Part shown: positions 27,395 to 37,953 of the stretch, piece after piece
How positions within the stretch are numbered: the first letter of the stretch is position 1
How the letters are laid out: each line of letters begins with the position of its first letter
From: a virus
Taxonomy: Duplodnaviria > Caudoviricetes
Reading direction: 5' to 3' (one strand)
IMG/VR virus record: IMGVR_UViG_3300021087_001082
Location: 12,820 to 76,819 of that record
Length of the DNA stretch: 64,000 bases
Made by a program: the position numbers and the translations under genes
Notes under the pieces: generated by a model
Seen by the model: the letters and a program-made list of their open reading frames with translations, nothing else
The model's database searches: none
Told to the model about the DNA's origin: nothing

Positions 27395-28486
27395 ATGAAA
27401 AAATTAATTTCAATTTTTATAATTTTGGTTGCAGGTGCAACCTTATTTGGTATTACGGCAGTTAGTAAAAAATTGCCTTCAGTTGGTTATGTTCTAGTGG
27501 GACCAAAAAACGATGGCGGATGGTCAATGAGACATTATCATGGATTCATGTCATTAAAAAAACATGGTTATAACGTAGCTGGTGTCGAAATGGTACCAGA
27601 ATCAGAATCAACAAAAGTATTTCGTAAACTTGCCAGAAAACATGATATTGTCTTTGCAACTTCATTCGGTTATATGGATGGAATGGTAAAAGCTGCAACG
27701 AAAGACCCAGATACAATTTTCATGCATGCCACAGGTTACAAGGGTAATGATACAAATATGGACAACTACGTTTGTCACTCATTTCAAGCACGATACCTAA
27801 CAGGGATTGCGGCTGGAATGTTGACAAAGACAAATAAGATTGGTGTAGTTGGCTCACACCCTATTCCTGAAATTATTCGTAATATTAATGCACTTACACT
27901 TGGTGCACAAACAGTAAATCCTGATATTGAAGTTTCTATAGTATGGATAAATTCTTGGTTTGATCCACCTAAAGATATGGATGCGGCCAAGGCTCTTCTT
28001 GATGCAGGAAATGATATACTCTATACAACAACCGATTCACCTAGTGTAGTTGCTCTTGCTCAACAAGCATGGAAAACTAATGGTAAAGAAGTTTGGAGTA
28101 TGGGTAATGATGCACCTATGGGAAGTAACGGCCCAGACCGATACATCACAGGAATGATGTTCAACTGGAATGTTCTTTACAAACATATCGTTGACCAACT
28201 TGCAGCTGGAAAACTCAAAATGAACCAGAGATGGAATTGGGGCTTACAAGAAAATTGTGTAGGTCTATCTCCATGGGGTAAGAATGTTCCGGGTGAAGTT
28301 GTTAATAAAGTTGAAACCGTCAAGATGCAATGGATTCAAGATGATCTGGATACATTCTTTCCTTTTGATCAAGGAATCACAAAAGCTGATGGAAGCACAG
28401 TTGGTAAAGGTGAAATTGCTAGACCTCAAATAGAAACTATGCAATATTTTGTTAAAGGGGTTGTTTCCCGATTTCCCTCAAAATAA
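27395..28486 (+). CDS. BMP-family (PnrA-like) purine/nucleoside-binding protein
   Basis: Signal peptide; VGPKNDGGWS, FATSFGYMD, RYLTG.AAG, RNINA..LG and SWFDPPK motifs. Confidence 0.9.
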   Translation: MKKLISIFIILVAGATLFGITAVSKKLPSVGYVLVGPKNDGGWSMRHYHGFMSLKKHGYNVAGVEMVPESESTKVFRKLARKHDIVFATSFGYMDGMVKAATKDPDTIFMHATGYKGNDTNMDNYVCHSFQARYLTGIAAGMLTKTNKIGVVGSHPIPEIIRNINALTLGAQTVNPDIEVSIVWINSWFDPPKDMDAAKALLDAGNDILYTTTDSPSVVALAQQAWKTNGKEVWSMGNDAPMGSNGPDRYITGMMFNWNVLYKHIVDQLAAGKLKMNQRWNWGLQENCVGLSPWGKNVPGEVVNKVETVKMQWIQDDLDTFFPFDQGITKADGSTVGKGEIARPQIETMQYFVKGVVSRFPSK

Positions 28487-28503
28487 TATAATGAAAGGTA
28501 TAT

Positions 28504-29637
28504 ATGGAAGGCTTATTTGAAAGCATTCTGACCGCAGTAGCGGTTGTTATTAATGGTATCCCTCAGGGAATTTTGGCGTTAAGCTTTGGCTTCGCAGCTT
28601 TTCCTACGGCAATAGCATTTGTAATTGGTATCATTGGTTCGGCATTCTTTATGTCTGTCGCAACTATATCCTTTCAAGCAGAAACAATCACGTTAGCTGG
28701 TACTCTAGGTAATAATATAAAAGAAAGACTTTCTCTTATATTTTGGGGTGCCACCCTACTGTTGATTCCCTCTTTGCTTGGAATGAATGAAGCGTTAGTT
28801 AATTTTATTGGTCCCCTAGTTGTCACATCAATGATGGCTGGAGTGGGTATTATGTTAGCGAATGTTTCTGTAGATTTGTTTAAGTCAGAAAAATGGACAG
28901 GAGGAGTATCTTTAATTAGTGCTTTACTTGCTTGGTTTTGGACTAAAGACTTAGCACAAACAATTATATGGTCCGTGAGTTTATCTACACTTTTTTATGT
29001 TGCATTAAAGTTTTATGCTCCATTACGCGAAAAGTTAGGTGTCGTACTAGAAGAAATTGTAGTAGACAGCTCACGCGAAAAGTTTACAACGGGCAACATT
29101 GAGTGGAAGTTTTGGACTAATAGAAACATCGTTATTGGTGCTTTATCATTAGCATGTTTAAACATTGGGGCCAATATTTCATTTGGTAAAATTACTGGAA
29201 GTATTGCAGGGACTAATACAAATATAGATCATCTTGCAATTTATTCTAGTCTTGCAGATATGGGCTCAGCATTCTTTGGTGGTGGTCCAGTTGAAGCGAT
29301 AATTTCTGGAACTGCGGCCGCACCTATGCCAATAGTTGCATCTTGTATTATGATGGGAATTATGGCAGTTATTCTATTAAGCAAAGCATTGCCTTTGATC
29401 GGGCAGTATGTACATAGAGCATCTATTGCAGGTTTTCTTTTTGTATTAGGTGTATTCGTTACCTTTGCTACAAATATTGCTGGTGCTATTAGCATTGGTG
29501 GAACCTTTGCTGGACCATATGGATTTGGAGCAGCAGGAATGGTAATTGGCGCTGCAGCATTTGTAACTGCAAAATTTAATCCTTTTTATGGTTTGCTTGC
29601 AGGATTTGCTACAAGCCTAATCATGATGGGGGCTTAA
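28504..29637 (+). CDS. NCS2/AzgA-like nucleobase permease
   Basis: Polytopic membrane protein; ISFQAET and GGGPVEAIISGT motifs; purine gene context. Confidence 0.7.
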   Translation: MEGLFESILTAVAVVINGIPQGILALSFGFAAFPTAIAFVIGIIGSAFFMSVATISFQAETITLAGTLGNNIKERLSLIFWGATLLLIPSLLGMNEALVNFIGPLVVTSMMAGVGIMLANVSVDLFKSEKWTGGVSLISALLAWFWTKDLAQTIIWSVSLSTLFYVALKFYAPLREKLGVVLEEIVVDSSREKFTTGNIEWKFWTNRNIVIGALSLACLNIGANISFGKITGSIAGTNTNIDHLAIYSSLADMGSAFFGGGPVEAIISGTAAAPMPIVASCIMMGIMAVILLSKALPLIGQYVHRASIAGFLFVLGVFVTFATNIAGAISIGGTFAGPYGFGAAGMVIGAAAFVTAKFNPFYGLLAGFATSLIMMGA

Positions 29638-29638
29638 T

Positions 29639-30229
29639 ATGGCTTGGGGAGAACCTTTTACAGATGAGTTCTACGAATTAAAAGTCGCAGGACTTACACG
29701 TAAGTTACCCAAAGTCAAAATCAATGACGAGCTCGCTATTGCGAGCTTTGTCATATTGGGTGATACAGAATTAATAGAAGAATGTGCTGAAGCAATGATT
29801 CTTCTGAATAATTTTCCAAAGAAAGATGAAATTGATATTTTTTGTACACCAGAAGCAAAGGGAATACCGTTGGTACATACCATTGCAAGAAGGTTAGAAA
29901 AAGATTATGTCATTGCAAGAAAATCTATCAAAGGATATATGAATGATCCTATGATAGAAAAAGTTCAATCTATCACTACAATCGGCGCACAAACACTTGT
30001 CCTTGATAGGAGTGATGTTAAGAAATTAGAAGGAAAGAGAGTAGGTATTATTGATGATGTAGTATCTACAGGGGGCTCTTTGATAGGACTTCAGACAATG
30101 TTAGAAAAAATTGATTGTTCTATTGTATGTAAAGCAGCTGTTTTATTGGAAGAGGCTGGATATGCCAAAGGTGATATACTTTATTTAGAAAAACTCCCAA
30201 TTTTTAAACCAGATGATTCCGATAATTGA
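29639..30229 (+). CDS. adenine-type phosphoribosyltransferase
   Basis: PEAKGIP, ARKS, SITT and PRPP motif IIDDVVSTGGS. Confidence 0.85.
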   Translation: MAWGEPFTDEFYELKVAGLTRKLPKVKINDELAIASFVILGDTELIEECAEAMILLNNFPKKDEIDIFCTPEAKGIPLVHTIARRLEKDYVIARKSIKGYMNDPMIEKVQSITTIGAQTLVLDRSDVKKLEGKRVGIIDDVVSTGGSLIGLQTMLEKIDCSIVCKAAVLLEEAGYAKGDILYLEKLPIFKPDDSDN

Positions 30230-31109
30230 TTTGAAAAGTGATACTTGCGAAGCGCAGATGTATGACGCTTATACAACTGTGGGATTCGCAGTATTCACTA
30301 ATGTTTATGATGAGTGGCTATCAGAATTTCAAGACTGGAAGCAACTCATGGACGAGTTCTTCCAACTACCATTAGATGTGAAAAAGAAATATGTATATAA
30401 TGGAGTAAAGGGTTCCTCAACATGTCGTGCCGGCTGGGGCGAGATGGGTTATATTCAGAGTCGAGATGGTGATTCGAAAGAATCATATAATTGGATTGAA
30501 CCAGCAAGAATGCAAGAACAATATTGGCCTACAGAAATTCCAGAGTTTAAACCATTAGCTCAATCTATCCTTCAGATCTCTCAACGTCTTTCTTATCAAT
30601 TTTTCAATAAGTTTGAAAGTATGTTCAAACATAAAAAAGGATATTTAATAGATAAGCATACGAATGGTTATGTTAATATGAGAATGCTTCATTATCCAGC
30701 GCACAAGAAGCAAGAGGATCACGAGTTCGGAGGAGAACATACTGATTATGGTTCTATCACTTTACTCTTTCGTTTCGATGATGTTGGAGGTTTACAAGTA
30801 CAGGATAGAAAAACAGATGAATGGATTGATGCTCCTGTAGTGAAAAATTCAATAGTATTAAACATTGGAGATATGTTTCAAAGATGGTCTAATGATACGT
30901 TAAAATCAACTAATCATAGAGTTGTTAATACAGTTCATACAAACTCTAGATATTCAATGCCGTATTTTGTAGATCCCGGTAGAGATGTATTAATTAAGAA
31001 TTTCACAGATGAACCAGATAAACATTTACCAATTTCTACCGATGAATATTTTAAACAGACACTAGCTCTACACAATGTTGAACAGAGTTGGGAACAACAG
31101 ATTAATTAA
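30213..31109 (+). CDS. isopenicillin N synthase-family 2OG-Fe(II) oxygenase
   Basis: IPIIDL, LHYP, HTDYGSITLL, GGLQV, NIGD, HRV and RYS motifs. Confidence 0.9.
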   Translation: MIPIIDLKSDTCEAQMYDAYTTVGFAVFTNVYDEWLSEFQDWKQLMDEFFQLPLDVKKKYVYNGVKGSSTCRAGWGEMGYIQSRDGDSKESYNWIEPARMQEQYWPTEIPEFKPLAQSILQISQRLSYQFFNKFESMFKHKKGYLIDKHTNGYVNMRMLHYPAHKKQEDHEFGGEHTDYGSITLLFRFDDVGGLQVQDRKTDEWIDAPVVKNSIVLNIGDMFQRWSNDTLKSTNHRVVNTVHTNSRYSMPYFVDPGRDVLIKNFTDEPDKHLPISTDEYFKQTLALHNVEQSWEQQIN

Positions 31110-31119
31110 AAAGGAAAAT

Positions 31120-31425
31120 ATGTTACCAGTATTATTATTTAATGTGATTTCAGGACTTGTTATGGACAAAGCTCAAGACCTTGCGAAAGAACACGTGGAA
31201 GCAATGATTGATAGTATCATTCCAGATGATGCAAAAGAAGAGTTAGATGATCTCGTTAAATCAGATCCTACTCACATGTTTGAAACAGCAAAAGATGCTT
31301 TAGTAGGTGCAGTCGAAGGAAAGCTTCCTATACCATTAAAAGATGGAACTATTAAACCTATAGAACTTATTATTAAAGTGAAATTCGATCCTACCACTAT
31401 GGATTTAGATATCGAAAAAGCTTGA
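31120..31425 (+). CDS. hypothetical protein
   Basis: AAGGA RBS before ATG 31120. Confidence 0.6.
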   Translation: MLPVLLFNVISGLVMDKAQDLAKEHVEAMIDSIIPDDAKEELDDLVKSDPTHMFETAKDALVGAVEGKLPIPLKDGTIKPIELIIKVKFDPTTMDLDIEKA

Positions 31426-31450
31426 CATTTGTTTTAACCTGTGGTATAAT
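31422..31450 (+). promoter_or_regulatory. sigma70-type promoter
   Basis: TTGACA-N17-TATAAT with extended TG. Confidence 0.9.
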
Positions 31451-31477
31451 ATATAATGATTAAAGTGAAAGGATTAA

Positions 31478-32542
31478 ATGAGTTATTTTGATGAAATGTT
31501 GAAAGTAGCGAACAACACTTATGGTTCAAAAGTGAGTGATGGTGTTGAAGCTGGAGATGTCGAAAGTTATATCGACACAGGATCATACATATTAAATGGA
31601 TTATTATCTGGGAGTATCTATGGAGGATTACCTTCTAATAAAATCACTGCGTTCGCTGGTGAAAGTTCTACAGGAAAAACTTTCTTTGTCTTGGGTTGTG
31701 TCAGACAGTTTCTTGCAGATAATCCTAGCGGCGGTGTTATTTACTTTGAGTCTGAATCCGCTTTAACAAAACAGATGATAGAATCAAGAGGAATTGATTC
31801 TAACCGAATGATTATCCTGCCCGTTGCAACAGTTCAAGAATTTAGAACACAAGCAACAAAAATTTTAGAAAAACATTTAGAAGAATCTGAAAAAGATCGA
31901 CCACCAATGATGTTATGTTTAGATTCATTAGGTAATCTTTCTACCTCTAAAGAGATGGAAGATGTTAGCGATGGTAAAGAGACCAGAGATATGACCAGAG
32001 CTCAAATGGTTAAAGGAACATTTAGAGTTCTTACTTTGTTAGGAGGTAAAGCAAAGGTTCCTCTTGTTGTTACTAATCACACATATGATCAAATAGGGAC
32101 ACTGTTTCCTCAAAAGATTATGGGTGGTGGAACCGGTCTCCATTATGCCGCATCTAGCATAGTATTCCTGTCTAAGAAGAAAGAAAAGGATGGGACTGAG
32201 GTAATTGGTAATATAGTCCATTGTAGAAATTTTAAATCTCGGCTCACTAAAGAGAATAAGATGATTGATGTTCTTCTTACTTATAAAGAAGGATTAAATC
32301 GTTATTATGGTTTAGCAGAATTAGCTGAGAAGTATGGAATCTTTAAAAAGGTTTCTACTAGATTAGAAATGCCAGATGGTGAAAAAGTTTTCTTGAAATC
32401 AATTCTAAAAAATCCTACTAAGTATTTTACCAAAGAGATTTTAGATAAAATAGATGCAGTAGCCCATAAAGAATTTCTTTATGGTGAAGTCGGTCTTGAA
32501 GAAGAAGCAGCAGAGGAAGAGGATGTCGAACGAACTGACTAA
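31478..32542 (+). CDS. uvsX: RecA-like recombinase
   Basis: [23 protein letters not shown] and MGGG.G motifs. Confidence 0.95.
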   Translation: MSYFDEMLKVANNTYGSKVSDGVEAGDVESYIDTGSYILNGLLSGSIYGGLPSNKITAFAGESSTGKTFFVLGCVRQFLADNPSGGVIYFESESALTKQMIESRGIDSNRMIILPVATVQEFRTQATKILEKHLEESEKDRPPMMLCLDSLGNLSTSKEMEDVSDGKETRDMTRAQMVKGTFRVLTLLGGKAKVPLVVTNHTYDQIGTLFPQKIMGGGTGLHYAASSIVFLSKKKEKDGTEVIGNIVHCRNFKSRLTKENKMIDVLLTYKEGLNRYYGLAELAEKYGIFKKVSTRLEMPDGEKVFLKSILKNPTKYFTKEILDKIDAVAHKEFLYGEVGLEEEAAEEEDVERTD

Positions 32543-32942
32543 AGAAGATTATGTTAGGATTAATACTTATTATAGATTAGTCCCTCATCCAGAATATCCT
32601 GATGATATTGCTAATCAATGCATAGAGATGACAACCGGACCTTTTAAAGGTGTCATTTATAAGTATGGTAAATTTCAAGTAGCCCCGCCAGATGCAGAAG
32701 ATGAAAGTACTGCAAAGTATGAATATGATGTAATACTAGTTCCACCTGAATTAGAAGGAGTTGAACACTCTGATGAAGAAGGTGAAGAATTTGAATTTAT
32801 GATTGGTGAAATATTAGTGAAATTATTATGGGACAGATATTTAGAACAAGACAACGCAGAAATGACAAACCCAATAACCTTTGTGGAGGACGATGAATCA
32901 ACGGATAGAGCACCTAATACTATCTCATTTGATACACAATGA
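32523..32942 (+). CDS. conserved hypothetical protein in the uvsX-gp41 position
   Basis: [11 protein letters not shown]; RBS before ATG 32523. Confidence 0.6.
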   Translation: MSNELTKEDYVRINTYYRLVPHPEYPDDIANQCIEMTTGPFKGVIYKYGKFQVAPPDAEDESTAKYEYDVILVPPELEGVEHSDEEGEEFEFMIGEILVKLLWDRYLEQDNAEMTNPITFVEDDESTDRAPNTISFDTQ

Positions 32943-34302
32943 ACCTTTTTCCCGAAAGGTTTCCCCTTATATAAGGCAAGAATATTTTGATGATAATTCA
33001 GAAAAACTTATCTTCAAACAAGTACAAGACTATATTGTTAAACATAATAGTCTACCTACAAAGCAAAGTCTTCTAATTGATTTAGATCAACAAGAAGGTT
33101 TGCATGAGAATGAATATCAAAAAGCTACAGAAATAATTAATACCTTAGATAAACCTGAGGATAAAGATGTAACTGCTTGGCTTATTGAACAATCAGAAAC
33201 CTTCTGCCAAGATAAGGCAATTTATAATGCGGTTGTTGATGCAATTGCTATTTTAGAAGGTAACGAAAATAAATCAAATTTACAAAAAGGTGCTATTCCA
33301 TCTTTATTGTCAGATGCGTTAGCAGTATCATTTGATCCCCATGTAGGTCATGATTTTATTGAAGATGCAAATGAAAGATTTGATTTTTATCATAGAATCG
33401 AAGAGAAGATTGAATTCGATCTTGAAATGTTTAATAAGATCACTAAAGGAGGGTTACCTAACAAAACCCTTAATATATGTCTTGCTGGAACTGGTGTCGG
33501 TAAGTCTCTTTTTATGTGCCATCATGCTGCTAGTTGTTTATCCATAAACAAGAATGTTCTTTATATTACTTTGGAAATGGCTGAAGAAAGGATCGCTGAA
33601 AGAATAGATGCAAATCTTTTAGATATACCTATTAGTCAATTAGAAGAACTTTCAAGGGATATGTATCAAAAGAAAATTGATAAGATAAATGCAAAGACTA
33701 AGGGTAAAATTATTATTAAGGAATACCCCACTGCTGCAGCAAGTGCAATGCATTTTAAAAATCTTTTATCAGAATTAAAGTTGAAACGTAATTTTACTCC
33801 TGATATAATATTCATAGATTATTTGAATATATGTTCAAGTGCAAGAATCAGAACAGGAGCAAACGTAAATTCGTATACTTATATTAAATCAATTGCTGAA
33901 GAGTTAAGAGGATTAGCGGTAGAATTTAATGTTCCCATTGTATCCGCGACGCAGACCACAAGATCAGGTTTTACAAGTACAGATATTGGATTAGAAGATA
34001 CTTCTGAAAGTTTTGGTTTACCAGCAACTGCTGATTTTATGTTTGCTATAATATCCTCTGATGAAATGGAAGAATTAAATCAATTACTTGTAAAACAATT
34101 AAAGAATAGATATAATGATCCCACATCTTATAAGAAGTTTATTATAGGTATAGACAGATCTAAGATGAGATTATATGACGTAGAACAAAAGGCCCAAGAT
34201 GATATTGCAGATAGTGGGCAAGATGATGAACCATTATTTGATCAATCCACCGGCAATAGAATGCGCAATAAAGTAGACTTTGGTACTTTTCAATATGAAT
34301 GA
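32893..34302 (+). CDS. gp41: replicative helicase
   Basis: AGTGVGKS, TLEMAE, IDYLNI, SATQT and SESFGLPATAD motifs. Confidence 0.96.
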   Translation: MNQRIEHLILSHLIHNEPFSRKVSPYIRQEYFDDNSEKLIFKQVQDYIVKHNSLPTKQSLLIDLDQQEGLHENEYQKATEIINTLDKPEDKDVTAWLIEQSETFCQDKAIYNAVVDAIAILEGNENKSNLQKGAIPSLLSDALAVSFDPHVGHDFIEDANERFDFYHRIEEKIEFDLEMFNKITKGGLPNKTLNICLAGTGVGKSLFMCHHAASCLSINKNVLYITLEMAEERIAERIDANLLDIPISQLEELSRDMYQKKIDKINAKTKGKIIIKEYPTAAASAMHFKNLLSELKLKRNFTPDIIFIDYLNICSSARIRTGANVNSYTYIKSIAEELRGLAVEFNVPIVSATQTTRSGFTSTDIGLEDTSESFGLPATADFMFAIISSDEMEELNQLLVKQLKNRYNDPTSYKKFIIGIDRSKMRLYDVEQKAQDDIADSGQDDEPLFDQSTGNRMRNKVDFGTFQYE

Positions 34303-34912
34303 TTTAGATTTTGTTAAAAATTCATTAGGATGTATAAACGAAGCCTTTAAAGAATTTAAGAGTTCTTATAATACATTGGAATTCGGCTTCCGGAAACCTA
34401 TTTCTCATTGGCATGTCTGCGCCAACAGAATGGAAGAAATATTAGAAGAAGAATTAGATTTTTCTTGTTATGTTACTATACGAAAAGATAGAAGCCATGC
34501 TTTATATGAAATGACCTTTGATGGAGCCGCTAATGTTCCCGAAGAACATATTTCAGAATCTGAATTAGAAATAACAATTAACTTATCACCAGAATTTTAT
34601 ACGCAACAACTATCTATTCCGGACGATACTTGGGAAAACTATAAACAACAACTTACCCTCACTTTCATTCATGAATTAACACATTCTTTACAATTAGATG
34701 ACGGCAAAAAGAAAAAAGATAATGATTATTTTTCAAGCCCATTTGAAATAGATGCGTATAGTTCTGAACTCGCCTTTGATATGTTTCTTTATAATAAAGA
34801 AGAAAAAACTTGCGATTCGTATGCAAGGTATGCTACAATAGATTCTAAGGTTTCTAATAAAATGAAAACCTTGGCAAAAGAGAAATATCAGTATCTTAAA
34901 AATACTAAATAG
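34295..34912 (+). CDS. HEXXH putative metalloprotease
   Basis: HELTH..Q and Y...P.EIDAY motifs. Confidence 0.6.
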   Translation: MNDLDFVKNSLGCINEAFKEFKSSYNTLEFGFRKPISHWHVCANRMEEILEEELDFSCYVTIRKDRSHALYEMTFDGAANVPEEHISESELEITINLSPEFYTQQLSIPDDTWENYKQQLTLTFIHELTHSLQLDDGKKKKDNDYFSSPFEIDAYSSELAFDMFLYNKEEKTCDSYARYATIDSKVSNKMKTLAKEKYQYLKNTK

Positions 34913-34961
34913 AGTATAATTCTAATAATTGGAGAAGAATGGATTATACGGTAGAGAAAAA

Positions 34962-36467
34962 ATGAAAACATATACAACTTTCATGGCTCCAATTGAAACT
35001 AAATCGGAAATTAGAACCCTTTTAGAGAGAGTAACACCAGAACTTAAAAAACAAGTGCTTGATCAAATCGAAATGATTGACAAGGACGAGGTGTTAAAAA
35101 ATGTATTAGAGGCCATTCAAAAAGATGTGATGGGCAACATGCTAAGAGTGAAAGCAGCTGACGCCAAAATCACTATGAATGTAGATCTGTTTATTGATTC
35201 TATAATATCTATAATTAATAAAACAGGTGATAGTGCAGAAGACCAAGTTACTTTTCTTAAAGACCTACTTGATGGCAAAGTAATAGATTGTATCAAAATG
35301 GTCAAAGATAGTTTGAATAAAGTAGTTAAAATGGATTCATATGTTAAGACAAAGAGTCCATTATGGTCCAAGGTTAAAGATAAATTAATCGCTTTAGATA
35401 TAAAAATTGATAATCAAAATATAGGTCCTGGTGAAATTCTTTATATAATATCAACACCAGGAGGCAAAAAAGGCGATGAAGAGAATAAAGGTGATTGTTG
35501 GTTAGCACAAGGTGTTAATGTTGAATTAAAGAAAGATGGAGGAACCTTTTCAAAACCAACTAAATTTGCTGATGCCAGATTAGCATGGATTAATGCATTT
35601 AAAGACTTAGGAAGAGATTTAAGTGGTGCAGATGCAGATACAATGGGCCTTGGTGGAACAAGTATATACGGCGAATCAAATAAAGGTGGTGGTATAGCTA
35701 ATGCATTATCCATAGGAAGTAAAGACTATACAACATTGTATATGGATAACAAAGGCGTTACTCAAAGACTAGCAGACAAAGCCTGTGAATCATTATATGC
35801 TAAAGTTTGTGCTATAGCTTGTCCTAATAACGGCGCGCTTCCATATACATTTAATAAAACAGTAAAAAATGGATTAACTGACCCTAATGAATTTGTAAGA
35901 CAATGGAATGCTAATGCCTTACATGATTATAAAGTACATGGTTGGGATTACTTAACATTATTTAATGCTGATTCAGGTGATACAATTTCATTTATGAGTG
36001 CACAGGATTTATATAAGTCTAAACAATGGAATGTGGGTTCTGAATGGATGTTAAGATGGACTGGAGGCGGAGGTTTCGGAGGTACTGGGTCTTCAACAAG
36101 AGTTTATGCTGGCACATTTAAAAATATAGCTACATATGATCCTGGTGATACCGATTTTGAGAAAAAGGTAGCAGAAAAAAATAATATAAGAAAAGCTTTA
36201 GAGCACGCTTTCGGACAATTAAGCAACAAGAAAAATTCAGGAAAAATAAAAGCGGCATTTAGTAAAGCTAATGATTTAAAAGGTCCTATGAACGATCTTT
36301 CAAAGAATAACGAACCTAAAGATTTTAAACCTCTTGTAGGTCAAATAGGACAAAAAATAAGTGACTATTTTCAGGCTAAGAATGAACTTAATTTTGGGAG
36401 AGATAAATCAGATAGAGATCTAGGAAAAAGCTTCGCGGATATGAAACGGAAATTGGGAGTAAGGTGA
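34962..36467 (+). CDS. putative internal head protein with possible PD-(D/E)XK-like domain
   Basis: N-terminus MKTYTTF; GPGE...GD...VELK; CTAAATA upstream. Confidence 0.5.
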   Translation: MKTYTTFMAPIETKSEIRTLLERVTPELKKQVLDQIEMIDKDEVLKNVLEAIQKDVMGNMLRVKAADAKITMNVDLFIDSIISIINKTGDSAEDQVTFLKDLLDGKVIDCIKMVKDSLNKVVKMDSYVKTKSPLWSKVKDKLIALDIKIDNQNIGPGEILYIISTPGGKKGDEENKGDCWLAQGVNVELKKDGGTFSKPTKFADARLAWINAFKDLGRDLSGADADTMGLGGTSIYGESNKGGGIANALSIGSKDYTTLYMDNKGVTQRLADKACESLYAKVCAIACPNNGALPYTFNKTVKNGLTDPNEFVRQWNANALHDYKVHGWDYLTLFNADSGDTISFMSAQDLYKSKQWNVGSEWMLRWTGGGGFGGTGSSTRVYAGTFKNIATYDPGDTDFEKKVAEKNNIRKALEHAFGQLSNKKNSGKIKAAFSKANDLKGPMNDLSKNNEPKDFKPLVGQIGQKISDYFQAKNELNFGRDKSDRDLGKSFADMKRKLGVR

Positions 36468-37690
36468 AACAATATAAACAATTTCTTACTGAAGCTTCTG
36501 GAAAAAATCTTCATATGGAACATCTCGAAGATGAGGTGTTAAATGGTGGGGTTAATGGTACTAGAGGTGCTATTGATTTTTTAAGATCTTTAAGAAACAT
36601 GTTAGCCGGTCATAATAAAGAAGCAGTTAATGTTACTGTTAAATGGGATGGTGCTCCTGCTATATGCGCCGGTATTCATCCTAATGGAAAATTCTTTGTT
36701 GATTATAAGTCAATGAGACGTCCATGTTTTATTCAAGCCGATGTTGATGAACATTTCAGTGGTGGCCCCCTTCATTCTAAAATGAGTGCTTTATTAGAAC
36801 ATTTACCTAAGTTAAAGATTCCAGGTAATATTTTTCAAGGTGATGTTCTTTGGACAGAGGATAAAGATAAGAAGATACAGACAATTGATAAGGAAAGACA
36901 GATTACGTTTACACCTAATACGATAACTTATGCCGTTCCTTTAAATACAGAATTAGCAAATGCCATAATTAGAGCAAAGATTGGAATTGTTTTTCATACA
37001 ACATACAGAACAGCGGGACAAGAAGACTTAGCAGATTTGAAAGCCGAGTTTGGTGCAGATGTAAATCAATGGACATCACATAAGGATGTTTGGGCTGTTA
37101 ATGCGGACTTTACAGATGTAAGTGGAACAGCAACATTTACAAAGGCAGATGAAAAGAAAGTAACAGATATGTTATCTCAGTTAGGAAAAGATTTTAATAA
37201 AGTCAATGGTCGTTTTCTTGATGGTATCAAAGATGATAATATATTAAAAGTTCATATTAAGACCTATATAAATTCTAAAGTCAGAGAAGGTGAATTTATA
37301 GAAGAAAGGTTAGCAAGAGATTGTGTAAAATTTATTAAAGCTAAGTTAGATAAGGATGTTGCAAAGTTAAAATCAGAAAAAGGTCGTACACGAAAACAAA
37401 TGACTGTTGATGAATACTTAAAGAAATTAAATGGTAATATAGATCAGATAGGTACTGTTTTTCGTATAATGGCTTTAATAAATAATATTAAGCTATATAT
37501 TGTAGAGAAATTAGAAGAGGTAAAAGGTTTAACTTCTACCTTTATTAAAACCTCAACAGGTTATAAAGTAACAAAACCAGAAGGGTTTGTTGCTATTGAC
37601 TCATTTGATTCTGGTAAGGGATTAAAATTAGTTAACAGAATGGAATTTAGTAGAATAAATTTTACCGCAGAAAAGGATTGGGACCAATGA
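36464..37690 (+). CDS. conserved T4-like protein with ligase-like KWDG motif
   Basis: KN.HMEHLED, TVKWDGAPA, QGD, FTPNTITY, PEGFV and KLVNRMEFS motifs. Confidence 0.7.
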   Translation: MKQYKQFLTEASGKNLHMEHLEDEVLNGGVNGTRGAIDFLRSLRNMLAGHNKEAVNVTVKWDGAPAICAGIHPNGKFFVDYKSMRRPCFIQADVDEHFSGGPLHSKMSALLEHLPKLKIPGNIFQGDVLWTEDKDKKIQTIDKERQITFTPNTITYAVPLNTELANAIIRAKIGIVFHTTYRTAGQEDLADLKAEFGADVNQWTSHKDVWAVNADFTDVSGTATFTKADEKKVTDMLSQLGKDFNKVNGRFLDGIKDDNILKVHIKTYINSKVREGEFIEERLARDCVKFIKAKLDKDVAKLKSEKGRTRKQMTVDEYLKKLNGNIDQIGTVFRIMALINNIKLYIVEKLEEVKGLTSTFIKTSTGYKVTKPEGFVAIDSFDSGKGLKLVNRMEFSRINFTAEKDWDQ

Positions 37691-37953
37691 AAAATTACAA
37701 AGAATTCTCAAAGCGCGACCTGAAAGAATCTAAGTATTCTGATCAGTTGATTGATGCATTACGTGATTGCATTGATTCCGCGCCTGATAGAACTAAAAAT
37801 AAACTAGCACAAGTATATGAGGACTATGTTCATAAGTTTATGAGACGTCCACAAAAATTACCATATATGTTACAAGGGTTCTTAGATGCTATCGAAGAAG
37901 GTACCGATGCAAGAATAGAATGGAAGGGTGGCGGAGATAGGAGCGACTGGTGA
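37687..37953 (+). CDS. hypothetical protein (possible internal head protein)
   Basis: MKNYKEF N-terminus. Confidence 0.55.
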   Translation: MKNYKEFSKRDLKESKYSDQLIDALRDCIDSAPDRTKNKLAQVYEDYVHKFMRRPQKLPYMLQGFLDAIEEGTDARIEWKGGGDRSDW

